From Phoronis australis (taxonomy: Eukaryota > Animalia > Phoronida), in contig NMRA01000064.1 in assembly GCA_002633005.1 (NCBI GenBank), forward strand, positions 186,001 to 250,000: DNA of 64,000 bases, given 5' to 3'. The number at the start of each line of letters is the position of its first letter. Positions within the stretch are counted from its first letter, which is position 1. This document shows positions 53,009 to 64,000 of this stretch, piece by piece. Under the pieces are notes generated by a model. The model saw only the letters and a program-made list of their open reading frames with translations. It ran no database searches and was not told the origin of the DNA. Both the position numbers and the translations under genes were made by a program.

Positions 53009-55032
53009 ATTTGAATTTCCACAGATTTTAAAGATAATTAAAACAGCAAAATTCAATGTGTGAAGAAGAGAAAGAAATTTTGGAGAAACTTCAGGAGCAT
53101 TACTCAACTCAGTGGAAAAAAGATAAGAATTTAGGACACAATATGGCAGACAATGGATATTTTATTTTTTCATCATTTCATATTAAATAATGTACAGGAC
53201 CAATGCAATACTTTACCATTTCAAGTTAAGCACCATAACTGCTACCAGTCACTCGCAATATTTGAAACTTTAGAGAAATGAATAAAAATCTTAGCAATAA
53301 TGTTTGACTAAAAAAGCACGGTTTTAGTGTACTCGTGCATTGAGGACACTTGAAAACTAACCTGCTTGAACCAATGTGTGTTTCTTGAACTTGTATGGTA
53401 TAAACAAACATTTCAAGCTTAAAACTTTTAAGTTTTAAGCTTGAAATGTTTAAAAATATTATTTTTAAGTGTTTCACTTTTTGACAAGTATGCAAAGTAC
53501 CTGGCATTAAAGTTTAATATTTAATAGTATAATAGACAGTTAAACATTTTTGTTGTTTAATGCAAACATCATACTTATGCTAGTTGGATACTCATGGGTT
53601 ACAGTAAAATCTCTTCTATTTTGACTCGTATCCATTTCCAAAGGTTTACTGTGTTGTAATATATGCTTAAAATTGTGTACGGTACATGTTGTTGATGACA
53701 TATATACAGTACATTCTGTGTTATGTAATAATCAAGTAAAGTTTTCATGTTTATTTCTGTACAGAAAGTTGATAAAAGAGAATTCTGTATGTCCGCCATA
53801 TTGTGACCTAAAACTGAAATATTTCACCAAGATAAGAACATCATGGAGGCTAAGACTACCACCACACAACAATGCACAATTTGTTCAGTTGTAAATCTTA
53901 TTTGCTATTTGCTCAAAGCAAGTATTGGAAAAAACATGACATGAACAAGTTATTTGACACCCAATGCTTTTCTCATAGAAATGTCTTTGTTACCAGAAAT
54001 TCATTCACATGTAACGCACTTTGCAGCTTTGACTGTGAGAGTGTAAAATGTAGAAAACAAAAACAACACTAGAGGGCAGCATGAGAATGATGTTTTGATG
54101 TTTGACAAATGTCATCCTCAGGTAGACAGAATAGAAAGAAATACCATAACAGACTGCTTTCTTCACATCACAGTGCCTGACAAGATCTGCTGACTGTTTT
54201 CCAATTCTTGCATCTATCTTGACCAAAACCTAATTTTAATGTTAATTGTGTTTGAATAAATGTTCAAACAGGTGTCTGTTAGTACTATTGCAGGGATCAT
54301 TTTAGAAAAATGTGACTGGGTCAATTGGCCCTAAGAGCCAATTTGGAGGACTTATAGGGCACGTTAGCGATTGGTCTAAATGGCAAACTATAAACCAAAC
54401 ACATAAATCTACAGCTGAGAACTGTGTATTTCCATGCATAATATGCTCAGCTGGGTTTTAGCATGTGTATCAAAACTGCCCACCATTTTGCCTGTTTAGT
54501 AACTGGATGGTTTCAGCTGTTTGATGTTCGTCAGTCCTCCATTAGTTCAAAGTGGTGTTGGCAGTAGTTTTATGTGCTGTAGGACGTGTTGCATTTCTAA
54601 AATATTTGTGTAATTCTGTGTTTTGATTAGTGGTCTGCAATGTACGTGCATTTGATATTGGTTTCCTGGAACATTAGTTTCAGCCATATCTTCAACCTTC
54701 TCAAACATGTTTTATTTTAATCTTAAAAAATTCATCTCTTGTCAGTCGTAGTCGACACAGAAATACACATAGCCACCTAGTGATTAGCCCCATGTCTTGT
54801 CAGTAGCATGTTGTACATGTTATCTTGCTTCTTTTTAATACAATTTTAATTCTACACAGTGGTAATTCTCTTTCAATGTTTATATTTTGCAGGTTCGTAC
54901 ACAGTGGCAAATGCCAAGCACAATGCTGCAATTTACTGGTGACACTGTTTCATATTGTAGTTTGGTCTCAAGTAATAGTTATGATCAACTGTTCTGCTTT
55001 GATGAAAATTTCCATGCACCAATGACGCGGGA

Positions 55033-55135
55033 GGAGGCAGTGTGGCCTAGTGTGATAGGTGCCCGCTTTCTTTACTTGATGTCGTGGGTTCAAGTCTTAC
55101 TGGGCCACACTGCTAGATCCTTGAGTCAGGTTTGT
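55033..55135 (+). mobile_element. tRNA-derived SINE fragment
   Basis: A-box-like GTGTGGCCTAGTG, B-box-like GGGTTCAAGTC, then a TCCTTGAG core-like motif; no cloverleaf closure. Confidence 0.6.
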
Positions 55136-56346
55136 AGCTCCTCATATAAAGCACAAAAATGGCTCTAGGTGAACAGTGCAATGGACCCACATGCACGGCC
55201 TACACACGTCTGGTACAACGTGTACCAGACCGCCTGCAATAATTTTTTTAAATGATGCGGGATGGGATCCTTAAATTATCCCTGCAATGTGTATTGGTGC
55301 AATAATATTCAGAGACAAAAAGAAATCGTTCATTTTATGTGGCAACCTTGTTCTCAAACACTAACAATATGTCAGTCCTTTCCAAGCACACATTCTGAGT
55401 GAGAAGTTAGCTGACAACAGTCACATTAGAACATGCGGCTTAAATGAAGTTAGTATTTTGAAAGACGACCGGTTTATAGCACTTTTAAAAAAGTACACAG
55501 TGTGCTCAAAATGGCTGAATACAGTAATGTTAATTTTCGTAAGCTTTGTTACAACTGAAGAGACTCAACACATCTGTCCTTTTTCTGAAAACTAGTCCGA
55601 CATAGTTTTTAGCATACACCTTGGGTAACTCACATCTACAATGATCAAGCAGTAGAAAATATCAGCCAAGAGAGGACAGCACCATACAACTAGTTGAGGC
55701 AACAATACACAAAAGAATGACTTCTGCTATGGTAAAAGTTCTCCAGTTTGTGGCAGTCTCTAAAATTTGGATCATCAAATCCAATCTGAAATTGAATTTG
55801 CTTTATTCTGAAAATTGGGTTATGGGCGATTTTTGCATGTAAAATATCTCTCAAATAGTGGACCAGTGCATGTTTTTTTGCATAACAATGTCAGGAAATA
55901 AATGTGAAGTGCAAGAAAATAAAGCTGATCATTTATATGTCAGTAAGCACTGCTGCAAATGTCCTTCAAATTATTGCTATGACCTTGAGCGAATTATTTA
56001 TTTTTCCACTGTCCCAAACTGAAGAATATTTATTGTTCTAACCACCACAATGTACCTTAGGTATTGGGAAAAAAGTTGTTATTTCAAACTACAATAACGA
56101 CATTAGTAGGGTAGTAACATGCCACAAAAGTAATCTTTGAACTCCTCCAGATCAATAATGCAACCACAATTGAGAACATAAACTTACAATTTAGAATTTC
56201 TAACTTTTATCACCAGAGATACCGCTGTATATGACTCTAACACCCTTCTTGAAAACAAAAAATTACATGTGTCACAGTAAGATTCTCAGTTAGTTCACTA
56301 CACCCAAGGATTGGGGTTAGAACTAGTTTCTGTCATCTGCTGTTTT

Positions 56347-57294
56347 TTACACATCATAGTTGTCTTTAAGATAGTCGATGACAGCTGCCATACTAGTCAA
56401 ATTATTGAATATCCGTTTTTCAGGTTTTGACATGATCCTGCTTAGCATGTCCATTAGATGATGGTGAAAGCATGGAAAAGGTGTCCCATATGAAGTGGCA
56501 ATATCTAACCACTTTCTCACACACTCAATAGGAGTCTCTGTGTATCCAGCATACATTGCAGGGTTTTCTAGAAGTCCTCTGGCAGCCATTACTCCTTTTG
56601 CACCAGTTTTCTCACAAACAGAACCTACATCATCCAGCAATTTTATGTCACCGTTAGCAACAACAGGTATAGTAACGCTATCACAAATCATTTTGATTGC
56701 ATCTAAATGAACTGGTGTTTTACGTTCAGAAGGTGTCCTTCCGTGTACTGTGATCCAATTAACACCCGCCTTCTCAACTTTCCGGCACATGTCAACAGTT
56801 TTAACGACATCACTGTGAATACGAATCTTAATAGACGTTGCAAAGTCACAGTCGTCAACACGATTTCTCACTTGTCTCATAATGTCGTGTATAAGTTCTG
56901 GTTGTTTAATAAGACAAGAACCATACCCTTCTTGCATGGCCCACCTCTGTGGGCAGCCGCAGTTCAGATCAACACCATCCGCAAACTTACTAACCATCTG
57001 AGCCGCATCTGCCATGTCCGTGGCATTATTGGCTGCAAACTGAACCACCAGGGGTCTATCTGTAGCATTAGTAGTGAAATCATTGTCTCTTGCTTTTAAT
57101 GATCGCACAAAAGAGTTGGCAATAATCATAGGCGTGAAGGCCAAGTCGCAATCATATTGTCGCACAAGATGGCGGAACGCTAGCTTTGAATATCGAACCA
57201 TAGGAGCAGCCATTTTGACAGGTCTGTCCAGTTCTTGAAACATCTGTATTGGTGTCTTGAAGTAGAACACCTCTGGTTCATCTCTGAGATCCAT
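56347..57294 (-). CDS. DUS4L: tRNA-dihydrouridine(20a/20b) synthase [NAD(P)+]-like
   Basis: Complete 315-aa ORF with APMVRYSKLAFR, TPMI, DRPLVVQFAAN, catalytic DLNCGCPQRWA, ITVHGRT, VANGD and GVMAARGLLENP. Acceptor ctacttttag| lies 10 nt upstream of the ATG. Confidence 0.96.
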   Translation of the reverse strand: MDLRDEPEVFYFKTPIQMFQELDRPVKMAAPMVRYSKLAFRHLVRQYDCDLAFTPMIIANSFVRSLKARDNDFTTNATDRPLVVQFAANNATDMADAAQMVSKFADGVDLNCGCPQRWAMQEGYGSCLIKQPELIHDIMRQVRNRVDDCDFATSIKIRIHSDVVKTVDMCRKVEKAGVNWITVHGRTPSERKTPVHLDAIKMICDSVTIPVVANGDIKLLDDVGSVCEKTGAKGVMAARGLLENPAMYAGYTETPIECVRKWLDIATSYGTPFPCFHHHLMDMLSRIMSKPEKRIFNNLTSMAAVIDYLKDNYDV

Positions 57295-57484
57295 AGTGGT
57301 TAATCTAAAAGTAGAGAAATTTAGTGCAACTTACTTTTAAAAGTAAAATTGAGTAGTAGCATCACTTAATATTTACAAATGAATTCTAAGAACCAATTAA
57401 TAAAATTCTATTCCAAAAAAATTAAACTGACCACAAGAAACTACCAGCATGGCCACTTTCCGTGACTTCCTCTCAAGTGCAGAG

Positions 57485-57810
57485 TCCTACAGCAGTGTTA
57501 TGGAGTGGGTCCTTGTGTCCTACAGCAGTGTTATGGAGTGGGCCCATGTGTCCTACAGCAGTGTTATGGAGTGGGCCCTTGTGTCCTACAGTAGCGTTAT
57601 GGAGTGGGCCCTTGTGTCCTACGGCAGTGTTATGGAGTGGGCCCTTGTGTCCTACAGCAGTGTTATGGAGTGGGCCCTTGTGTCCTACAGCAGTGTTACG
57701 GAGTGGGCCCTTGTGTCCTACAGTAGTGTTATGGAGTGGGCCCTTGTGTCCTACAACAGTGTTATGGAAAGGGCCCTTTTGTCCTACAGCAGTTTTACGG
57801 AGTGGACCCT
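57485..57810. repeat. Minisatellite, 33-bp unit, about 10 copies (in the presumed DUS4L 5' UTR intron)
   Basis: gtcctacagcagtgttatggagtgggcccttgt repeated. Confidence 0.95.
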
Positions 57811-58486
57811 TCAGGCCTTTATCCAGGAATTTGAAAATAGGGTGTCCAAAATGGGGTTCCCAATATTCCAGGTCATCCATGATTCCGACGCGTAACCCTC
57901 CACCCCCAGGACCATTCACCAGCAATCCCCCACAAAAATGCGTAGACCAAGGATTTTACATCAAACTTTACAAAAAAGCCTTCTGTAGAGAGCTTTTTTA
58001 CTAAAAAAAACTGTGTAGACTAAGACCTTACATCTAAATTTAAGTAAAAAGCCAAGTAGCTTACCAAAGAAATATTAGAGATATTGGTTAAAGGATGAGA
58101 GCACTATGTTTTTGGTGATCTCTAGTCAAATTGTTGTTATAAAGGTTGTCATATCATTTTAATTAGCTTTAATATTCTGTAAAATGAATCATCAGAGCTG
58201 CAGTTACAAAACAAGAAAAATGCACGTATGATGTGTGATTTATAGTTTGGCAACAGGTGTCACTGCTGTTCCATATTAAAGCCCTAAAACGCACATTGAA
58301 AAGCATGAAATGGGCACTAGTTCAAAAAAATTAAATGAGCATATTCTTTTGGAACAATATTTTATTAACATAATGACATTTATTTCATTTTGATGTTTTT
58401 AAAGATGAAAATCATGAAGTTACATCTCTGAAACAACAGTATGGAGTCGCACTAAGACATGAACCCTAAATATACGTATATACATA

Positions 58487-58522
58487 TACCGTATTTGCCG
58501 TAATAACCGCCCAGGGCGCTTA
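58487..58522. mobile_element. Solitary DNA-transposon/MITE end
   Basis: TA-flanked CCGTATTTGCCGTAATAACCGCCCAGGGCGCTTA resembles pogo/Tc1-like MITE termini; no partner end seen. Confidence 0.35.
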
Positions 58523-59639
58523 GAAAAGTTCGGTTCAGGCGGGTGAAACCCGGTCTCCGTAACGGGTGAAATCGGAAGCTAAGATTCATCAAATTTACGT
58601 TCTGTGACGTATCTGTAATCTATGAAAGATTTTCAACAAAACTGTGGTGCATTGCTATCAAACTTTGCTACTAAATTATGACCATTTTACAGAAAATTTT
58701 GCTGAAATCCCAGGGCGAAAACTCGCCGACTGACTGCCTCGAAATCGCCGTCTTCGATATGGCGACTTCAATGCTTGAATAAAAATAGTTTCGACTCAAG
58801 CAAATTACCTGAAATCTTCATTAAGTTTTTTAACGTCTCTAAGATTTTTTTCCAAGTTCCCGTGGAGTCTGGATTAACAGCAGGTTTAAGTACAAATCTG
58901 TGCAACATCGTGCCATCTACATGTATGATCCGCAACGCGGCAGGAAAAATGTCTGGACGAACACACATGTTGTTGTCACGTGACGTTTGTTTTGAAGTTC
59001 ATCTGCATTTTGAGTATTAAGCGAGCGCGTGCGTGTCACCAGAGTTCATTTGCCAAAGCAAAGAACGTCTTTTGGCCAGAGCCACGCAAACTAACGAGCT
59101 AGATGTGCCTTAATGGTGTCTAAAGAAATTTGCACAAGCAGTAGGCCTAAACCAGAGCATGTTTCATTCAGCACTTACCGGTCTCATGTGCCAGACATTC
59201 GTACCCCTGTAATGCCAAATGGAACATGGGAGAATTTTTGGGGGATATGGCCCCTTTGCCTCCCCCCTTACTGAGTGAAATCAGCCACTGTGAACAAAGG
59301 ACTGCTTGAAAAGTTTGACCACAAGATTATTTGTTCGAGTTGGATGGGTTTGAAGAATCGACGGCCTACTAAGGTGTCCCTCTATACGCAAAAGGTACAT
59401 AACAACGTGACTTCTCTTTGAAGTTCATGTTGTTACAGTACGACTGACTTAATGACTGTGACTGTGAGGCATACATTCGCGGGGTTGGTCATCAGAACGC
59501 TCACCTACAAATCTTCTCATTTGACAAACGCCTTTTGAATTTATTGCCTTCGTGCAATTCAATGACTCGAGTTCATTAGCGTTCAGAGTACAACAGGCTT
59601 TACATCGGAATGAGTTTTCACACTACACGCAAACATGGT

Positions 59640-59930
59640 CAGTAAACCCTCACGAACCTTTCCGGAACGGAAGTTTGTTACTTTCTGACAAAAGGTGTCG
59701 CGACAAACATAACTTTCAAGCATTTTAGCTAAATTAAATCGTTTTAGTCGTGTTACTTTCTGTTTTTAAATCTTGCACTCGTTATTTTGCTCACTGAGTT
59801 CGATGGAAACGATTCTTAACGCTTTTAAGCTAAATGCGTAGGCGTTACATCAGCAGTTCATGTCACGTGAGTACTCCGAGTTTCACATGTTCACTTCCTG
59901 GTTTGCTTCGGAGCAGAGGCGATGTAAAGG
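59640..59930. promoter_or_regulatory. Putative bidirectional promoter between DUS4L and the MGNC gene
   Basis: CpG-retaining region with ETS-type CCGGAACGGAAGT (~59663) and CACTTCCTGG (~59892) plus E-box TCACGTGA (~59863), lying between divergent genes. Confidence 0.55.
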
Positions 59931-59969
59931 CGATCACTTTTATTGTTTTTTCCAGTTTCTTAGCTTAGC

Positions 59970-60013
59970 ATGGGTAATTGCTGGTCAACATGCTTCGGCA
60001 AACTGGACAGAAG
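59970..60013 (+). CDS. First coding exon of an N-myristoylated/palmitoylated protein, AP1AR (gadkin)-like; remainder not identified in the window
   Basis: AGCATGG context; MGNCWSTCFGKLDR then donor GAAG|gtaaac. Resembles the recalled AP1AR N-terminus MGNCCWTQCFGLLRK; only 14 codons support this. Confidence 0.6.
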
Positions 60014-60865
60014 GTAAACCGCTTCAGTGCTGATATTTAATTACCGCGGTGCTCGTCTAGACTTGTTTCTGATTGAATTGCTCTGGTAACTGAACATTAC
60101 AGGAACACTCAACACTCATTGATTGGCAATAGAATACACTCCGCTATCGCACGGAGTTCTGAGGACATCACTGCTGTTTTCAGTATTTATTGGAAATGGG
60201 TGTTACCCCACGGTTAATTTTGGGCATTTTGCCTCAATTAGCATGTAATTTATTGGCTATTTTATTTAAGCTTAATTGTATTGTTGTATTTGTCAAACTA
60301 GTCAGATATAGTTCATTGATTGTATTTAAAATTGCTATAACTTAATCATTTCTTGTCATAGAATTAGAATCATAAATTTGGTGACCACATGCAGTCATAA
60401 CAATTCTTCTATGGTGTGAGTTTTAACATATAATCTGTTATTTTTAGAATATTGACTGTTGAAATTGAAATTTTTTTTGCTGACTTATGCATTGTCGCAA
60501 TCCTAACACATTCATCACCAACACAATTGCAATGAGATGCGAATCGACTATTTCTTGACTCACAGTCTATGGTCTGTTAGTAACTCACGCACCCCAATTT
60601 AACCAGCTTATCAAATCAACAATTTCCCAGAGGTTATGACTTTTAATATCATACTTTATGTCTAAATTTCGTAATGTTTCTTTGATGTCACGCTCATGAA
60701 TTATTTCTCAAGATTCACAACAGGTTCAGTCATTTGGGGATGGATTTGCAAAAAGTTTTTCAATAGCTTGCTAATGTTTTTGTTATCAAGATTTGATTTT
60801 TGGTTTGGAAATTTGTTTTGACTTGGCAGATTGCTGATAGACCTGCATAATGCAAATTTAGCGGC

Positions 60866-61697
60866 CAGTACCAGACTAACCTGTTGTTGGAGACAGTTGG
60901 AATTTAGCAGCACCAGACTAACCTGTTGTTGGAGACAGTTGGAATTTAGCAGCACCAGACTAACCTGTTGTTAGAGTCAGTTGGAGTTTAGTAGTACCAG
61001 ACTAAACTGTTGTTGGAGCCAGTTGAAATTTAGTAGTATCAGACTAACCTGTTGTTGGAGGCAGTTGGAATTTAGTAGTACCAGACTAACCTGTTGTTGG
61101 AGCCAGTTGGAATTTAGTAGTACTAGACTAACCTGTTGTTGGAGACAGTTGGAATTTAGCAGTACCAGGCTAACCTGTTGTTGGAGACAGTTGGAATTGA
61201 GCAGCACCAGACTAACCTGTTGTTGGAGACAGTTGGAATTGAGTAGTACCAGACTAACCTGTTGTTGGAGTCAGTTGGAGTTTAGTAGTACCAGACTAAA
61301 CTGTTGTTGGAGCCAGTTGAAATTTAGTAGTACCAGACTAACCTGTTGTTGGAGCCAATTGGAATTTAGTAGTACCAGACTAACCTGTTGTTGGAGACAG
61401 TTGGAATTTAGCAGTACCAGGCTAACCTGTTGTTGGAGACAGTTGGAATTGAGTAGTACCAGACTAACCTGTTGTTGAAGCCAGTCGAAATTTAGTTGTA
61501 CTACTGTTGTTGGAGCCAGTTGGAATTTAGTAGTACCAGACTAACCTGTTGTTGGAGCCAGTTGGAATTTAGTAGTACTAGACTAACCTGTTGTTGGAGC
61601 CAGTTGGAATTAAGTAGTACCGGACTAGCCTGTTGTTGGAGCAATTTGAAATTTAGTAGTACCAGACTAACCTGTTGTTGGAGACAGTTGGAATTTA
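60866..61697. repeat. Minisatellite, 42-bp unit, about 19 copies
   Basis: accagactaacctgttgttggagacagttggaatttagtagt repeated with variants. Confidence 0.95.
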
Positions 61698-61999
61698 AAA
61701 GTGGACCAGAATTTAGTGTAGGTACCACCCATGGTTGCGACAACACTCAAATTATGTTTATGGAGATTTTTATTACTAGATTGTGCATTTATAACATTTT
61801 GATGAAGGATAGTGTATTACTCGATACTAAACAAAATATAGGGAACCTGAAATTTCATTGCATACCAGTGATTATTTATGTTGGACTGATTATGCAAAGT
61901 AATGGTTCAGAAATTTTGTGTATTCACGGTGTATTCATGGTGCAGGTTAATGAATGAAAAATAAATGTAGCCAATTAAGCTTAAAAGAAGAATTGTAAG

Positions 62000-62301
62000 A
62001 AGTATCCTAGCCTACTAGTAAGGAATAAGTATCCTAGCCCACTAGTAAGGAATAAGTATCCTAGCCCACTAGTAAGGAATAAGTATCCTAGCCTACTAGT
62101 GGGGAATAAGTATCCTAGCCTACTAGTGAGGAAGGTAAGTACCCCAGCCTACTAGTGAGTAATAAGTACCCTAGCCTACTAGTGAGGAATAAGTATCCTA
62201 GCCTACTAGTGAGGAATAAGTACCCCAGCCTACTAGTGAGTAATAAGTACCCTAGCCTACTAGTGAAGAATAAGTATCCTAGCCTACTAGTGAGGAATAA
62301 G
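62000..62301. repeat. Minisatellite, 27-bp unit, about 11 copies
   Basis: aagtatcctagcctactagtgaggaat repeated. Confidence 0.95.
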
Positions 62302-62616
62302 TTGTTGTTCTTCATGGTAGCTTAAACAACTTATGCTGTTATTGTCTCACTGATGTGAAAATAATCTTGTTGCCTTGGTAAGAGATTAAAGTGGTTAAAT
62401 TGTTCATTTTGAAAAGCATGATAGGAGCTTGTGCTGTTGAAGAAAAATAAGATCATGCATTCAATAATTTTTTGACTTGTCAGTTCAAGTCTTGGACAAG
62501 TTGGATTTTTGGTTACAATACCACTGGGCAGGAGTATGAGGGTTTTGGAAGATTTTAAATCTGCCTTTGGTTTGTAGTTTTCATCAGACAGTATCTCCAC
62601 TATCCAAACCGTGTCA

Positions 62617-62921
62617 NNNNNNNNNNNNNNNNNNNNNNNNNNNNNNNNNNNNNNNNNNNNNNNNNNNNNNNNNNNNNNNNNNNNNNNNNNNNNNNNNNNN
62701 NNNNNNNNNNNNNNNNNNNNNNNNNNNNNNNNNNNNNNNNNNNNNNNNNNNNNNNNNNNNNNNNNNNNNNNNNNNNNNNNNNNNNNNNNNNNNNNNNNNN
62801 NNNNNNNNNNNNNNNNNNNNNNNNNNNNNNNNNNNNNNNNNNNNNNNNNNNNNNNNNNNNNNNNNNNNNNNNNNNNNNNNNNNNNNNNNNNNNNNNNNNN
62901 NNNNNNNNNNNNNNNNNNNNN
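62617..62921. other. Assembly gap (N run)
   Basis: Continuous Ns abutting a tandem repeat. Confidence 1.
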
Positions 62922-63077
62922 CACTGTCAACTCAGTGTCATTGGATTCATCTGTAGTAGCCACTGTCAACTCAGTGTCATTGGATTCATCTGTAGTAGTT
63001 ATTGTCAACTCAGTGTCATTGGATTCATCTGTAGTAGTTATTGTCAACTCAGTGTCATTGGATTCATCTGTAGTAGT
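62922..63077. repeat. Minisatellite, 39-bp unit, at least 4 copies (probably continues into the gap)
   Basis: tgtcaactcagtgtcattggattcatctgtagtagttat repeated. Confidence 0.95.
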
Positions 63078-64000
63078 CAGTCAATAGCAGTTTTCATTCA
63101 CTGTTTTTCCATTGTAAGTACCTCATTTCATTTACCGGTATTACTAGTAACCAACGAGATACTTCAAATTTAAAAACTACGCCTTTGTAACGTTTTCGGA
63201 GCATCATGTTGAAATAACTTCGATAACCTTCACATAAAATTGATAACTACCTACCTAAATGCCTACCAACAAGTTCACCTTTGAATTCTCGTTCTCTGTT
63301 GTTCTCAAATTAAAACCCACCTTCTAGTTCCTGGTACTTTACTTTGAATGCTGTTGCTGGACATGGCAATTATAGAAATGGCATAAAATCTAAATGTTTT
63401 GGATTAGTCCGTCAAGTCTTAACGTCACCTAATCTGCATCAAGTGTCAAAGTCACGTGTGGTTACTGGCAGTTAGCTTAGAAAGTGTTATGGGACCAGAT
63501 GATATTTTATTGACATTAATCTTGACTTTATGTGACATGAGCTCCAGTATAGCTTGCTGTTTGTATTCTAACTTATGAGCTGTCTCATATCCCACCCACG
63601 GCCTCTGCACTCACTAGTGTTGTGAACCAAGAACTAATCTCATGTTGTTGTCCTTTGAGATTCACCTCACTAGTAGCTTGTTATTGAATTGTTTTTTTCT
63701 AAGAATGCTGGAATCGGGCTTTTTGATAATCATATGTTGATTAATAATTATTTCCTAAACATGAAGAAGGTTATTATTGCTGAGTTGCCATTTCCTTAAA
63801 AAAACTAGTTAAGTTATTTTGCTTTTAAAATCATATGGTTGGGTGTCTTTTCTTTAAAGAAGTATTTGTATGCTCCTAGCTATGCTAATGTATAGTAGGA
63901 ACTAAACAACAATGCTGTTTGAACATCATCTATGCTAAACAAAGTACAGTGTCTGTTGTATTCATCAAAAACTTGTTAATGTGAAAACAAAAAAATCTGC

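Noticed and set aside
55209-55231. Short hairpin gtctggtaca-acg-tgtaccagac as a Helitron 3' end
   Set aside because: No CTRR terminus follows, and it is too short to support a call.
57449-58004. Overlapping repetitive ORFs (VSYSSVMEWAL etc.)
   Set aside because: Open in several frames and both strands simply because of the 33-bp minisatellite.
60866-62301. Regular arrays superficially like CRISPR
   Set aside because: Units are head-to-tail with no unique spacers, there are no cas genes, and the context is eukaryotic.
62331-63087. ORFs spanning the N run
   Set aside because: Artefacts of the gap and the 39-bp repeat.

Overview
AT-rich, intron-containing invertebrate (probably lophotrochozoan-like) genomic DNA with four protein-coding loci. 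(1) Minus strand 1867-9176: a two-coding-exon gene for a ~2,150-aa single-pass membrane protein. It has a long array of alternating helical repeats and a C-terminal domain resembling the dynein heavy-chain microtubule-binding domain (MTBD); that domain is split by a one-base (-1) frame change at a T5 run. (2) Plus strand 18624-53008: a dve/Compass/SATB-family homeobox gene, reconstructed exon by exon with consistent splice phases. Four shared exons (N-terminus plus ULD/COMPASS domain) can join either a Dve-type 3' module (divergent CUTL plus two K50 homeodomains, 703 aa) or a second, downstream module with a strongly SATB1-like CUTL domain and one atypical homeodomain (447 aa). This two-module arrangement is the most interesting signal in the window. 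(3) Minus strand 56347-57294: DUS4L, with an intronless CDS. (4) Plus strand from 59970: first coding exon of an N-acylated protein (MGNCWSTCFG, AP1AR/gadkin-like), head-to-head with DUS4L. Also present are transposon relics (Tc1/mariner-type TIR element, tRNA-derived SINE, hairpin element, decayed C2H2 zinc fingers), several minisatellites and one assembly gap. Family assignments rest on recalled motifs, not on searches.
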